From IMG/VR virus record IMGVR_UViG_3300009873_000018, positions 2,034-66,033 of that record: 64,000 nucleotides of DNA; one strand, written 5' to 3'. The position numbers and the translations under genes are program-made. The DNA comes from a virus. Taxonomy: Duplodnaviria; Caudoviricetes. Below are positions 26,486 to 34,521 of the stretch, one piece after another. Under the pieces are notes generated by a model. It worked only from the letters and a program-made list of their open reading frames with translations. It ran no database searches and was not told the DNA's origin. Within the stretch, counting starts at the first letter, position 1. The number at the start of each line of letters is the position of its first letter.

Positions 26486-27606
26486 GCGATGACCTTTCGC
26501 CATTCGGGCGAGGCGGTCCCGATCAGGTTCTTCTCGAGGTCGACGAGCTTCGGGTCGAGCGACGAGACCGGGACGTCTTCGCGTATCCCGCGCGCGACGT
26601 TCCGCGCGAGCCACTCGCCGACCGGCGGCATCACCGCCTGCGCCGTCTGCGCGTACTTGTCGCTGAGGTTCGGCCCTTCGAACTCGTACGTGAGCGGGTA
26701 GCCGCAGAGGACCTGCTGCTCGAGGAGCGTGATGTACCTGTGCTCCGTGGGGTGGTACTTCGTCGCTCCTCCGGTCAGCGTCGGGCTCGGCTTCGTCGGG
26801 TCGAGGCGGACGTCGAGGAACCGCGGCCGCCCCCGCACGCCGCCGTGCGCGTTGCGCTCCCACGTCTCCGGGGGATGCTCTTGCTCCCACATCCGCCGGA
26901 GCGAGTCGCCGGGCTCCATCCGGCGGAGCAGGTCCATGTACACCGGGTTGCTCTGCGGCGGGGGCGGCGGTGACCGGTCTTCCTTGATCGTGGCGAAGGC
27001 GTCGCCTACCGTCACGTAGTCCCTCGGGTCGCGGCGAGCGTATTCCCAGTCGAGCTCGACGCGAGTGAAGACGCAGAAGAATCGTCGTCGGATCTGCGGG
27101 ACGCCGAGGTCGACGGCGTTCAGGAGGACGTAGTTCGCCTGGTAGCCCATCCGTGCGGCTTCCGCGGTCAGCATATCGACCATCTCGCGTCCACGCCGGA
27201 GCGCCGGCTGCACCGACTCCCACGCCCACACCTTCGGGGGCCGGCCGACCTCGTTCATCTTCACGAGCACGTCGAACATCTTCGTGATGCACGACGTCCT
27301 GGGGTCGCGCTTCCAGTGCGTGTTCATCATCCCGACCTTCTTCGAGCTGATGCCGCCGTTCGAGAACGGGGCGCAGGGCGGGTTGCCGTAGATGAAGTCG
27401 ACGTGCCCCTGGAGCGCGATCGCCTTCGACGGCCAGGTGGCAGGCTCGGTGTAGACCGGGAGGCCGGGGTGGTTCCGCTTCGTCGTCGCGACGCCGTACG
27501 GGCCGTCTTCGAACTGCGCCAACACCCGGAAGCCGGCGCGCTTGACCCCGAGAGTAAACCCGCCCGCGAAGATGTAGACCCCGAGCGCTGTCAGATCGTA
27601 GGTCAC
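26482..27606 (-). CDS. DNA cytosine-C5 methyltransferase-like protein
   Basis: GNPPCAPFS (IV), WESV (VI), QIRRR (VIII), RYITLLE (IX); variant motifs I and X. Confidence 0.85.
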   Translation of the reverse strand: MTYDLTALGVYIFAGGFTLGVKRAGFRVLAQFEDGPYGVATTKRNHPGLPVYTEPATWPSKAIALQGHVDFIYGNPPCAPFSNGGISSKKVGMMNTHWKRDPRTSCITKMFDVLVKMNEVGRPPKVWAWESVQPALRRGREMVDMLTAEAARMGYQANYVLLNAVDLGVPQIRRRFFCVFTRVELDWEYARRDPRDYVTVGDAFATIKEDRSPPPPPQSNPVYMDLLRRMEPGDSLRRMWEQEHPPETWERNAHGGVRGRPRFLDVRLDPTKPSPTLTGGATKYHPTEHRYITLLEQQVLCGYPLTYEFEGPNLSDKYAQTAQAVMPPVGEWLARNVARGIREDVPVSSLDPKLVDLEKNLIGTASPEWRKVIA

Positions 27607-28082
27607 GACTTCTTCCTCTTCGTCCACGGAAGCTTTCCGGCGTTCCGGAGGCAACCGCGAACGTCGGCGATGCCGAACACATAGGCCTTCTCGGGGAACT
27701 TCAGGTGGACGGCCTCGAGCAGGGCCTGCTCGTCGGTGATGCCGTCGTCGATCAGGGAGCGGCAGAAAGGTCGCAGGCCGGCGCGCTTCGGGGCGGCTGA
27801 GTCGGCCTGCGGGGCGGCGACAGGATCGTCGTTCATCGGTGCACCTTGTAGGAGTGTGTTGAAGCGAGAACTGACCGGCGAGGGTACGGGACGACCGTGA
27901 TGGTCGTACCACTCGATCTGGAGCCGATACTGCACGATGAGCACGGAGGTGACGTAGTCGGTCGGCCGGCCGAGCACGCTCGCGGCGGCCTTACGGACGA
28001 CGGCGGGGTCGACCTCGTCGATGATGATCGTCGACAGCAGGTCCGGCTTAAGCGTGAGTCCATGCTCCTCTAACCAGCTCAT
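27603..28082 (-). CDS. hypothetical protein
   Basis: GAAAGG RBS; GTGA overlap with C5-MTase. Confidence 0.65.
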   Translation of the reverse strand: MSWLEEHGLTLKPDLLSTIIIDEVDPAVVRKAAASVLGRPTDYVTSVLIVQYRLQIEWYDHHGRPVPSPVSSRFNTLLQGAPMNDDPVAAPQADSAAPKRAGLRPFCRSLIDDGITDEQALLEAVHLKFPEKAYVFGIADVRGCLRNAGKLPWTKRKKS

Positions 28083-28115
28083 GAGCTTAGGACCTTTCCG
28101 ATGTAAGGTACCAAT

Positions 28116-29654
28116 CTAACGAGTCGCAATGCTGTTGTCCACGCCTAGCAGAGGGTTGAAGCCGCCGACTAACGTGAGAGTGTTGTGCGCCCGGGTCGTG
28201 CCGACGTACCACACGCGGCGCTCCGGGTCCGGATCGACGTCGAGTTCGCGCTCGGCGTGGTATCCAAGGTCGGTCCGAAGCCACACGTGGTCTGCCTCGG
28301 CGCCCTTCGAGCCGTGGATCGTCGACAGCCTGACGCGAGGGGCGTCGAAGAGGCCCGCCGGCCCGAACCGCTCGATGACCCGCCGCAGGTAAGGAACGTC
28401 GTTTGTGAGCTTGTCAAGGACGTTGAACCAGGGCGACGAGAACATCAGCTCGGGCCACCCCGCGGCGATGAGCTCGGCGGCGCCGTACTCCTGCGTCGTG
28501 ATCGAGCGGGCGATCTTCCGCTGCGCCCGGCTGATCCTGTGTTGCGTCGCGCAGCCGAGGATGTTCTCGACTTCTTCGGCCGCGACCGTCCTGCCTGCCC
28601 CGAGCCTCGTCCAGGCGACGATCGCGCGCGCGTATGAGTCCTTGATGGAGCTCGACCCGTTCTGAGTAAGAAACGGCTGCCCGTTGTCGCGCAGGTAGCG
28701 CTCGAAGTCGTCTCGGAACCGACGCGTACGGTAGAGCACGAGCAACGTCCCGTCGGGCGGCAGCTCGAGGCGGTCGACTTCGGGGACCGTGACGACCGAT
28801 CCTTCGGCGGCGCGCGGCTGCCAACGTTTCGGCTGCCTGACCCTGACGGCTTCGATGATGCCGTTCGCCAGCTGCCATATGCGGCGCGGGAGACGGTAAG
28901 AAACCGGCAACACCTCGACCTCGCCCCGTTGCTCGAGCAGGGCGTGCGGGTCGGCACCCGCCCACGTGTAGATCGCCTGGTCGTCGTCGCCCGCGATGTA
29001 GACCCGGCGCGCGTTCGCCGCGAAATGCCAGAGCGCGCGCCACTGGAGCGGAGAGAGGTCCTGCGCTTCGTCGACGATCACGACCTCGCAGTCGAGCACG
29101 CAACGCTCGTCGATGCGTTCAAGCAGGTCGGTGAAGTCGAGCAGGCCTTCCCGTCGTTTCCAGGCGGCGTAGTTGTCGCAGAATGCCCGGACCTCGTGCG
29201 GCGTGAACGCATATCCCATCCCCATCATAGCCCGATCGACCGATTGGAGCCTCGACCGTCGGAGGTGGTCGAACGCCAGCATGCGGTCGCCGTCCTGCGC
29301 GCCGAACACCGGCGTGCCGTCTTCTTCGTTCACGTAGCCCGCGGTGCTGATCGGGTACGGGCAGCCGGTGCGGAACGCATCGAAGTTTCCTTCGTCGCTG
29401 ACGAGCATCCCTTTCTTGATCCCGAGCGCGGCATACGCCGTAGAATGAAGCGTCCGCACCCAGCGGAGCCGGTCGGCCGTGAACCCGAACTTTTCGAGCG
29501 CCCGATGCTTCGCTTCTGCGCGGGCGGCGACCGTGAACGTCAGGTACGCGAGGCGCTCCGGCGCGACGCCGGCTGCGAACTCTCGTTCCATGATCGAAAG
29601 CATCCGCGTCGTCTTCCCGGTCCCGGGAGGACCGAAGACCGTCAGGACGTCCAT
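28116..29654 (-). CDS. UvrD/Rep-like SF1 helicase
   Basis: FGPPGTGKT, TLHS, VDEAQD, GDDDQAIY, SYR, TIHGSKGAE, YVGTTRA. Confidence 0.95.
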   Translation of the reverse strand: MDVLTVFGPPGTGKTTRMLSIMEREFAAGVAPERLAYLTFTVAARAEAKHRALEKFGFTADRLRWVRTLHSTAYAALGIKKGMLVSDEGNFDAFRTGCPYPISTAGYVNEEDGTPVFGAQDGDRMLAFDHLRRSRLQSVDRAMMGMGYAFTPHEVRAFCDNYAAWKRREGLLDFTDLLERIDERCVLDCEVVIVDEAQDLSPLQWRALWHFAANARRVYIAGDDDQAIYTWAGADPHALLEQRGEVEVLPVSYRLPRRIWQLANGIIEAVRVRQPKRWQPRAAEGSVVTVPEVDRLELPPDGTLLVLYRTRRFRDDFERYLRDNGQPFLTQNGSSSIKDSYARAIVAWTRLGAGRTVAAEEVENILGCATQHRISRAQRKIARSITTQEYGAAELIAAGWPELMFSSPWFNVLDKLTNDVPYLRRVIERFGPAGLFDAPRVRLSTIHGSKGAEADHVWLRTDLGYHAERELDVDPDPERRVWYVGTTRAHNTLTLVGGFNPLLGVDNSIATR

Positions 29655-30013
29655 TAGTCGATGATGAACCGCTCGGCGAGCGGCGCCACGTCCTTCGTGA
29701 GCTCCTCGAATTCCTTCGTGCGGTGCTCGTGTTCGGCCCGGAGCTGCTCCCAGTTTTTCGCGACGCCTTCGGCGCCGACGGTGAAGATGAACCTGCGCAC
29801 GTCGTTCGTGAGCTCTTTCAGGAAGCCGAACAGCATCTCGTCGCCGCATCCCGAGAAGTGGTTGAGCTTTGCCGCGGTGGCACGGAGGCAGATGCGGATC
29901 GCCCGCGTGTCGTCCCCGGTCTTGTACCCGAAGCCGAGGATCATCGGGATCTCCGGCGTTTCTTCGCCCGGAGCGTCTGTCACCGTGCCTTCTGTCAAGA
30001 CGTCGTCGTTCAT
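29654..30013 (-). CDS. hypothetical protein
   Basis: MNDDVLTEG...; TAATG overlap with helicase. Confidence 0.65.
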   Translation of the reverse strand: MNDDVLTEGTVTDAPGEETPEIPMILGFGYKTGDDTRAIRICLRATAAKLNHFSGCGDEMLFGFLKELTNDVRRFIFTVGAEGVAKNWEQLRAEHEHRTKEFEELTKDVAPLAERFIID

Positions 30014-30219
30014 TTGGGTCTCCGTGAGATGTGGATCTCGTCCCTGATGTGTTTTGCTACTTCGGTGAACTCCGGTGGTACGGCACCTCGTCCCCAGCGC
30101 GCCGGGTCTTCGAGCCACTCGGCGATCGCCGCGGCGATCGTCCGAGCCGCACGCGTGTTGACGCGCGGGAATTCGCCGGTACGGCTCGCCTCGATGATGA
30201 CCTGGACGAGCGTCATCAT
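30010..30219 (-). CDS. hypothetical protein
   Basis: Coupled small ORF. Confidence 0.5.
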   Translation of the reverse strand: MMTLVQVIIEASRTGEFPRVNTRAARTIAAAIAEWLEDPARWGRGAVPPEFTEVAKHIRDEIHISRRPK

Positions 30220-30407
30220 CCCGGTACCGGGTCGCGGAGCTCGCGGACCCGCTCGCACGTGACGATGCCGCCGAGGAGGTATGCCCGCTCAAGCGCGAGG
30301 TACACGAGCTTGCGTTCGTTCCCCTCGAACCGGGCGAGAAAGTGTAAGAGAGGCGCGTCGCCGCCGATCGCGGCCTGTGCCTTCGAGCTAGGGTTAGTAT
30401 CCGGCAC
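30216..30407 (-). CDS. hypothetical protein
   Basis: Coupled small ORF. Confidence 0.5.
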   Translation of the reverse strand: MPDTNPSSKAQAAIGGDAPLLHFLARFEGNERKLVYLALERAYLLGGIVTCERVRELRDPVPG

Positions 30408-31941
30408 CGGGCACCTTCTGTGGTTTGAACGGTTCGGTCTGCTCGTTGGTAGGCTCGGGGACAGACCAGAGCGAGATAGACTTCCCCAGCAGCTCGCGCT
30501 TCGTGTGCTGCATCCCCGTTTCTTTGACTAAGATGGCATAGATCTCCGGCAGGTCGAACTTCGCGAACCCTCGTTTGCGCAGGAACGTTACGAAGTCGAC
30601 CGCCTTGAAATATACCCTGCGGTCGTTCTCGTCGAGCGCCGGGTAGCCGCTTCGCAAGACATCCTCGATCGACTCGCAGCGGAACCGCTGGAGCAAGAAG
30701 TCGTCGAGGTAAGTAAGCATCATCCCTTTGTCGCCCGCGTCCTCCGGGGCCGGCTCTTCGGTCCGCTCCGCGAGCATCGCCTTCACCAGGTCGCGCCACT
30801 CCTGCGGCTTCGGCGGCTCGACGACCAGGTTGAGCTTGTGCAGGCACGCCGATATGAACTTCGTCGGGCTCTCGAACTCCGCGTGGCTCAGGGACAGCTC
30901 CTGCCCGTCTACTTTCAGGCGGTAGCGTGGCGGGTCGGTCAGGACCTTGACGAGGTTCCCGAGCGTCGGGAGAGACGCCCGCCGCGTCTGCTGGATGAAG
31001 AACCCGATCCCGTACGGCGCCCGCTTGCACTTCGTCTTGTTGCAGACCTGGCAGATCGGGTGCTGGCTGCACGTGTACGCATACTCGTTGTGCTCGAGGC
31101 TCCGGATGATCTGGTCGAGCTCCCGCTCGTCGAGCGGTTCCGGAACGTTTTCTCGGTTGTAGTCGCGGAGCGCTTCTTGCCAATCTTGCGGCCGTGAGAG
31201 CTTGAAGAAGATGCCCGCGTTGAGCAAGGCGGTGTTCCGTCCTCCCGACTGGAACCCCTGCGTGTGGAGCTGCTGGAGGCAGGGCGGTCCGTCGGCGAAC
31301 GGCCCGAAGCTTGGGTCCGCCCAGGTGAGCAGCCGCCGCTCGCCGACGCGCGCTCGCTCCGCGACGTCGAGGAACGCTTCGAGGCCGAGCTTGTCGCCGC
31401 CGGCAGCGACGGCGTAACGGTTCGTGTTGCCGTGGTCGTAGTAGGGCAGGTTGATCCAGTTTGCGCCTCGACCCGGCTCGAACCGCGTCTGCTTCGGGAA
31501 GATCTCGACGGCCCGTCCGTCGGCGTTGCGGTCGTAGTCGAGCGCCCGGCGGAACCGCTTCATCACCTCGACGACCTTATCGGCCCCGACCGGTTCAGCA
31601 AGGAAGAGGTATAGGTGCGCCCCGCCCGACTTGCTCCTGCACACGACGAGCGGCAGGTCGTGCGCGGCGATCTTCGCGACGAGCGCGGCGTGGTCGACGC
31701 CGTCGTCGTCGACGTCGAGCGCCGCGAACTTCACGGTGCTGTCTTCACGCAGCGGCGCGATGCCGAGGAACGCTCCCTCGCCTTCGAGGTGCGCACGGAA
31801 CATGGCGGCCGTCGGGCCGGACGCGACCGTGCGCGCCTGCTTCTGTCCGTCCGCTCCGACGGCCCATCTGCCGTGCAGCGACTGGCTGCCGGCGAACAAG
31901 GCGGAGAATCGTCGGACCTGCTCGTCGGTGATGCGTGTCAT
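30394..31941 (-). CDS. archaeo-eukaryotic-type primase with PriCT-like domain
   Basis: ALDVD, RSKSGGAHLY, EIFPKQ, INLPY, GPPCL, GGRN. Confidence 0.85.
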   Translation of the reverse strand: MTRITDEQVRRFSALFAGSQSLHGRWAVGADGQKQARTVASGPTAAMFRAHLEGEGAFLGIAPLREDSTVKFAALDVDDDGVDHAALVAKIAAHDLPLVVCRSKSGGAHLYLFLAEPVGADKVVEVMKRFRRALDYDRNADGRAVEIFPKQTRFEPGRGANWINLPYYDHGNTNRYAVAAGGDKLGLEAFLDVAERARVGERRLLTWADPSFGPFADGPPCLQQLHTQGFQSGGRNTALLNAGIFFKLSRPQDWQEALRDYNRENVPEPLDERELDQIIRSLEHNEYAYTCSQHPICQVCNKTKCKRAPYGIGFFIQQTRRASLPTLGNLVKVLTDPPRYRLKVDGQELSLSHAEFESPTKFISACLHKLNLVVEPPKPQEWRDLVKAMLAERTEEPAPEDAGDKGMMLTYLDDFLLQRFRCESIEDVLRSGYPALDENDRRVYFKAVDFVTFLRKRGFAKFDLPEIYAILVKETGMQHTKRELLGKSISLWSVPEPTNEQTEPFKPQKVPGAGY

Positions 31942-31947
31942 AGTCGA

Positions 31948-32033
31948 GATGCGCCGCGGCGGGACTCGAACCCGCCGCCCTCAGAGCTCCTTGGCAAAAG
32001 GGTCTAAGGGTGCCTGCCCGAGGCGCGGCTCTA
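31948..32033 (-). ncRNA. tRNA-like element (not a canonical tRNA)
   Basis: GCCGC/GCGGC acceptor-like stem, GCCT-CGGGC-AGGC D-like arm, long arm with TTGCCAA, T-arm GGCGGG-TTCGAGT-CCCGCC; no CCA. Confidence 0.5.
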
Positions 32034-32035
32034 CT

Positions 32036-32860
32036 TCAGAACCCCTTCACGTCGTCGCCCGGCACGTCGTCGACCGGCGCGTCGTCGCGCTCGACCTTCA
32101 CTGCCACCTTGCCCCTGCGGATCAGCTCGCGGAACTCCGCGGCGCGCTTCACGAGCGCGGGCGACGCGGGCTGGATGTCGCTGCGGTCGACGACAGGCAC
32201 GAAGAACGTGCCCTTCGGGTTCGTCCTGCTCGCCGTCGTGAGCCGGTAAATGAAGCCGAAGATCGGGAGCGCGTCCGAAGGCGACTTCCCCCGGGTGCTC
32301 GGGACGCCCCACTTCTGGTACGTCTGCTCCGCGGTGACGGCGTTCCAGTCGCGCCAGCCGGTCTTGAGCTTCGTCTTCGTCAGGCTCAGGACGATCGGCT
32401 GCCAGCCCGCGCCGGTCTCGATCAGGCAGAAGATCTGGCCGGTCTCGATGATCTCGGTGTCGGTGTCCGGGTTGTTGATCGCGGGGATGCGGTTCCGCGC
32501 CGCGTCTTCCGGCGTGTCGTGGATCTTCACCAGGCCGCCGCCGGCCTTGCGCGGGCGCCACTCGATGTACTTCTTCTCGGCCGCGACGCGGACGAGCCGC
32601 ACGCCCTTCTCGCCGGAGAACACCTCGCCGGTGATGCTGTGGACAAGGTCGCCCTGCTGCGCGCCCGGGATGAACTTCTCGTTCCCCCGCTGGATCTCCG
32701 GCGACAGGCCCTGGAGGACCCTCAGGAACGGCAGCGCGTAGTCGCCCTGCGTCAGGTCGTCGTGCCCTGCCCCCGCGTGCTGGTCGTAGAGGGCTGCCAG
32801 CTCGTTCGTGATCACGCTCTTCGGTGCTTCGTCTTTCTTCGTCATCGCGTTCGTCGTCAT
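32036..32860 (-). CDS. putative phage ssDNA-binding/annealing protein
   Basis: GAG..DLTQGDYALPFLRVLQ.LSPE, YIEWRPR..GGGLV, acidic tail; position in replication cluster. Confidence 0.6.
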   Translation of the reverse strand: MTTNAMTKKDEAPKSVITNELAALYDQHAGAGHDDLTQGDYALPFLRVLQGLSPEIQRGNEKFIPGAQQGDLVHSITGEVFSGEKGVRLVRVAAEKKYIEWRPRKAGGGLVKIHDTPEDAARNRIPAINNPDTDTEIIETGQIFCLIETGAGWQPIVLSLTKTKLKTGWRDWNAVTAEQTYQKWGVPSTRGKSPSDALPIFGFIYRLTTASRTNPKGTFFVPVVDRSDIQPASPALVKRAAEFRELIRRGKVAVKVERDDAPVDDVPGDDVKGF

Positions 32861-32880
32861 GGGTTCCTCGTTGGGTGGGT

Positions 32881-33336
32881 TTATGACTTCCGGAGCACAG
32901 CCACGGGCTCCGTGTACACCTTCACCATCTCCGGGATCTGCCCCCCGGCGTCGCGCTGCTCGCGCGCCCACGCCCGGAGCGTCTGATGGTTGACCGTCGG
33001 GACGATCAGGGACGCGAACCCGTTGTCCCTGAGCCACGCGTGAAACGCGGCGGTGTCTTCCTTCGCGACCGAGGCATACGTGTCGGTCCTGAGATGAACG
33101 GACTCGCCGCCCGAGAGCTTGAACCCGCTCATCTCGGCGAGCGCGAGCGCTTCGGGGAGGAGCCGCTTCCTGATCTCGTCGTAGCGCTGTTGCTTCGTCT
33201 TGCGGACGGCGTCGAGCTCGTCGAGCTCCTCGCCGAGCGCCTTCATCTCGTGGGCAAGCTCGGTGATGGCCAGCACAGGGCCGCCGGGAGATAGGCTGAA
33301 GTTCTCGGCGTAGCCTTCGAGATATGACAGGTCCAT
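32881..33336 (-). CDS. conserved phage replication-cluster protein
   Basis: LPEAL...AF.AWLRDNG...I..TVN.QTL.AW.RE; GAAAGG RBS. Confidence 0.7.
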   Translation of the reverse strand: MDLSYLEGYAENFSLSPGGPVLAITELAHEMKALGEELDELDAVRKTKQQRYDEIRKRLLPEALALAEMSGFKLSGGESVHLRTDTYASVAKEDTAAFHAWLRDNGFASLIVPTVNHQTLRAWAREQRDAGGQIPEMVKVYTEPVAVLRKS

Positions 33337-33370
33337 CTGACGTACCTTTCGGGTAAGGGTTGCCAATATA

Positions 33371-33811
33371 TCAGGTGGGTCTGCGCAGTACCAGGGGAAC
33401 GAGCACGTACCGGCCCGCGATCGTGCGCGGGCAGTCGACGCGCCCGCAGCTGCGCCTGTAGCTCCCGCACGCGGCGCAGGCGACGCGGTCCCAGCGGAGA
33501 GCCCGGACGGCGCCGCGGTTCACGTCGCCCGCCGCGGCGGCGACGGTCGCGAGCGTCGCCGGGTCGCCGACGAGCGCGAGGTAGTCTCGGTCGCCGAACT
33601 CGTGCAGCACGAAGTAGTCGCGGGCCGCGGCGAACAGGTCCGCGCCCTGCCCCGCCGGGAGCTGCCACGGGCTCCGGGCGTCGAACATCTGCACGACGGT
33701 CCCGAACTCGAGCAGGCCGGACAGGTCGCGCTTCCGGTCCTCGAGCGGGACGAACACGCGCGGCTTCCCGTCGTTCGGCGGCGCGGGCAGGGGGGTGTAG
33801 GTTCTCATCAT
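33371..33811 (-). CDS. conserved phage hypothetical protein
   Basis: RVFV...EFG....DYLALVGDP...LRWDR pattern. Confidence 0.65.
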   Translation of the reverse strand: MMRTYTPLPAPPNDGKPRVFVPLEDRKRDLSGLLEFGTVVQMFDARSPWQLPAGQGADLFAAARDYFVLHEFGDRDYLALVGDPATLATVAAAAGDVNRGAVRALRWDRVACAACGSYRRSCGRVDCPRTIAGRYVLVPLVLRRPT

Positions 33812-33859
33812 CCGCCTGCCTGGTGAAAGTGCTCCATACTGCGTCGCGAGTCCTTCATT

Positions 33860-33993
33860 GCCCCGCGCCGGTTTCACCCGGCGCGAGACTGAGTGTCTTA
33901 CCTCGTCACGTCTCGCCGCATCAAATCCAGTCGGACCGCGTCCTAGTCGAGAACCCATCCATCGCCCCGCGCCGGTTTCACCCGGCGCGAGAC
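33860..33993 (-). repeat. two identical 30-bp hairpin repeats (33860-33889, 33964-33993)
   Basis: GCCCCGCGCCGGTTTCACCCGGCGCGAGAC twice; 8-bp stem CGCGCCGG/CCGGCGCG. Confidence 0.95.
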
Positions 33994-34078
33994 GCTACAT
34001 CTTACCGAATCGGGTCAAACCCCATCACATCCGGTCCCGCCCAACTGTGTCCCATCTTGCCCAATCGAGTCATGTCTT
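33895..34078 (-). repeat. 5-bp periodic NN-GRY pentamer tracts (VIPR-like array)
   Basis: 33994-34078: 17 in-phase pentamers, 15 RYCNN on + (NNGRY on -); 33895-33944: 10 of 10. Confidence 0.9.
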
Positions 34079-34082
34079 TGTT

Positions 34083-34226
34083 CTATTCCCACACCAGCTC
34101 GACCACGTTGAAGCGGCCGTTCACGCCGCCGTTCGCGGCGCGCATCGCGCCAAACCCGATCATCAGCCCGGCGGTGAAGAACACGCGCTCGAGGTGCTCG
34201 GGGGTGATGTCCTCGCTCAGGGCGCC
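34083..34226 (-). pseudogene. C-terminal remnant of a Cas7/RAMP-like (Vipr-like) protein
   Basis: ITPEHLERVFFTAGLMIGFGAMRAANGGVNGRFNV* resembles the RAMP Gly-rich loop and terminal strand; stop lies 4 bp before the pentamer array. Confidence 0.55.
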
Positions 34227-34521
34227 ACCGGTCGAGCGACGGGAACCACGCGAGCTCCATCGGCCCGAGCGCACGGTGGCACGCCGTCTCGACCTTCGAA
34301 AGAACAGCACGACCGCAGGAGATAACACCGAGCAGCACGCAACCATCATATTGACGGTCACGACATATCCGCTGTGCGATGTTCACCGCCTTACCGGCCT
34401 TTACCCGCATCTTCGCGGGGTCGTGCACCACGTAGACACCAGTCAAGTCTCGTCCAACCATATCCAATATCATCTTGGCCAATCGTTGCTCGTCCCGTCT
34501 TGCCACGTCACACCCACTCAC
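34227..34521 (-). pseudogene. GIY-YIG/T5orf172-like endonuclease domain, out of frame with the remnant below it
   Basis: GVYVV...VKAGKA.N..QR...LLGVI...E..CH..L...AWF. Confidence 0.55.
34442..34516 (-). repeat. third NN-GRY pentamer tract
   Basis: 15 in-phase pentamers, 12 RYCNN on +; overlaps the helicase stop codon. Confidence 0.8.

Noticed and set aside
25253-27682. 809-aa ORF as a single protein
   Set aside because: The upper half overlaps the C5-MTase in another frame and is low-complexity; the real gene starts at 26485
28090-33360. CCTTAC..GAAAGG mini-hairpins over the RBS of 27603-28082 and 32881-33336
   Set aside because: Two short copies dominated by the SD itself; not distinguishable from chance by eye
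33860-33993. 30-bp direct repeats as a CRISPR mini-array
   Set aside because: Only two copies, the 74-bp interval is itself pentamer-periodic, and there are no cas1/cas2 or intact cas genes; better explained as units of the pentamer array
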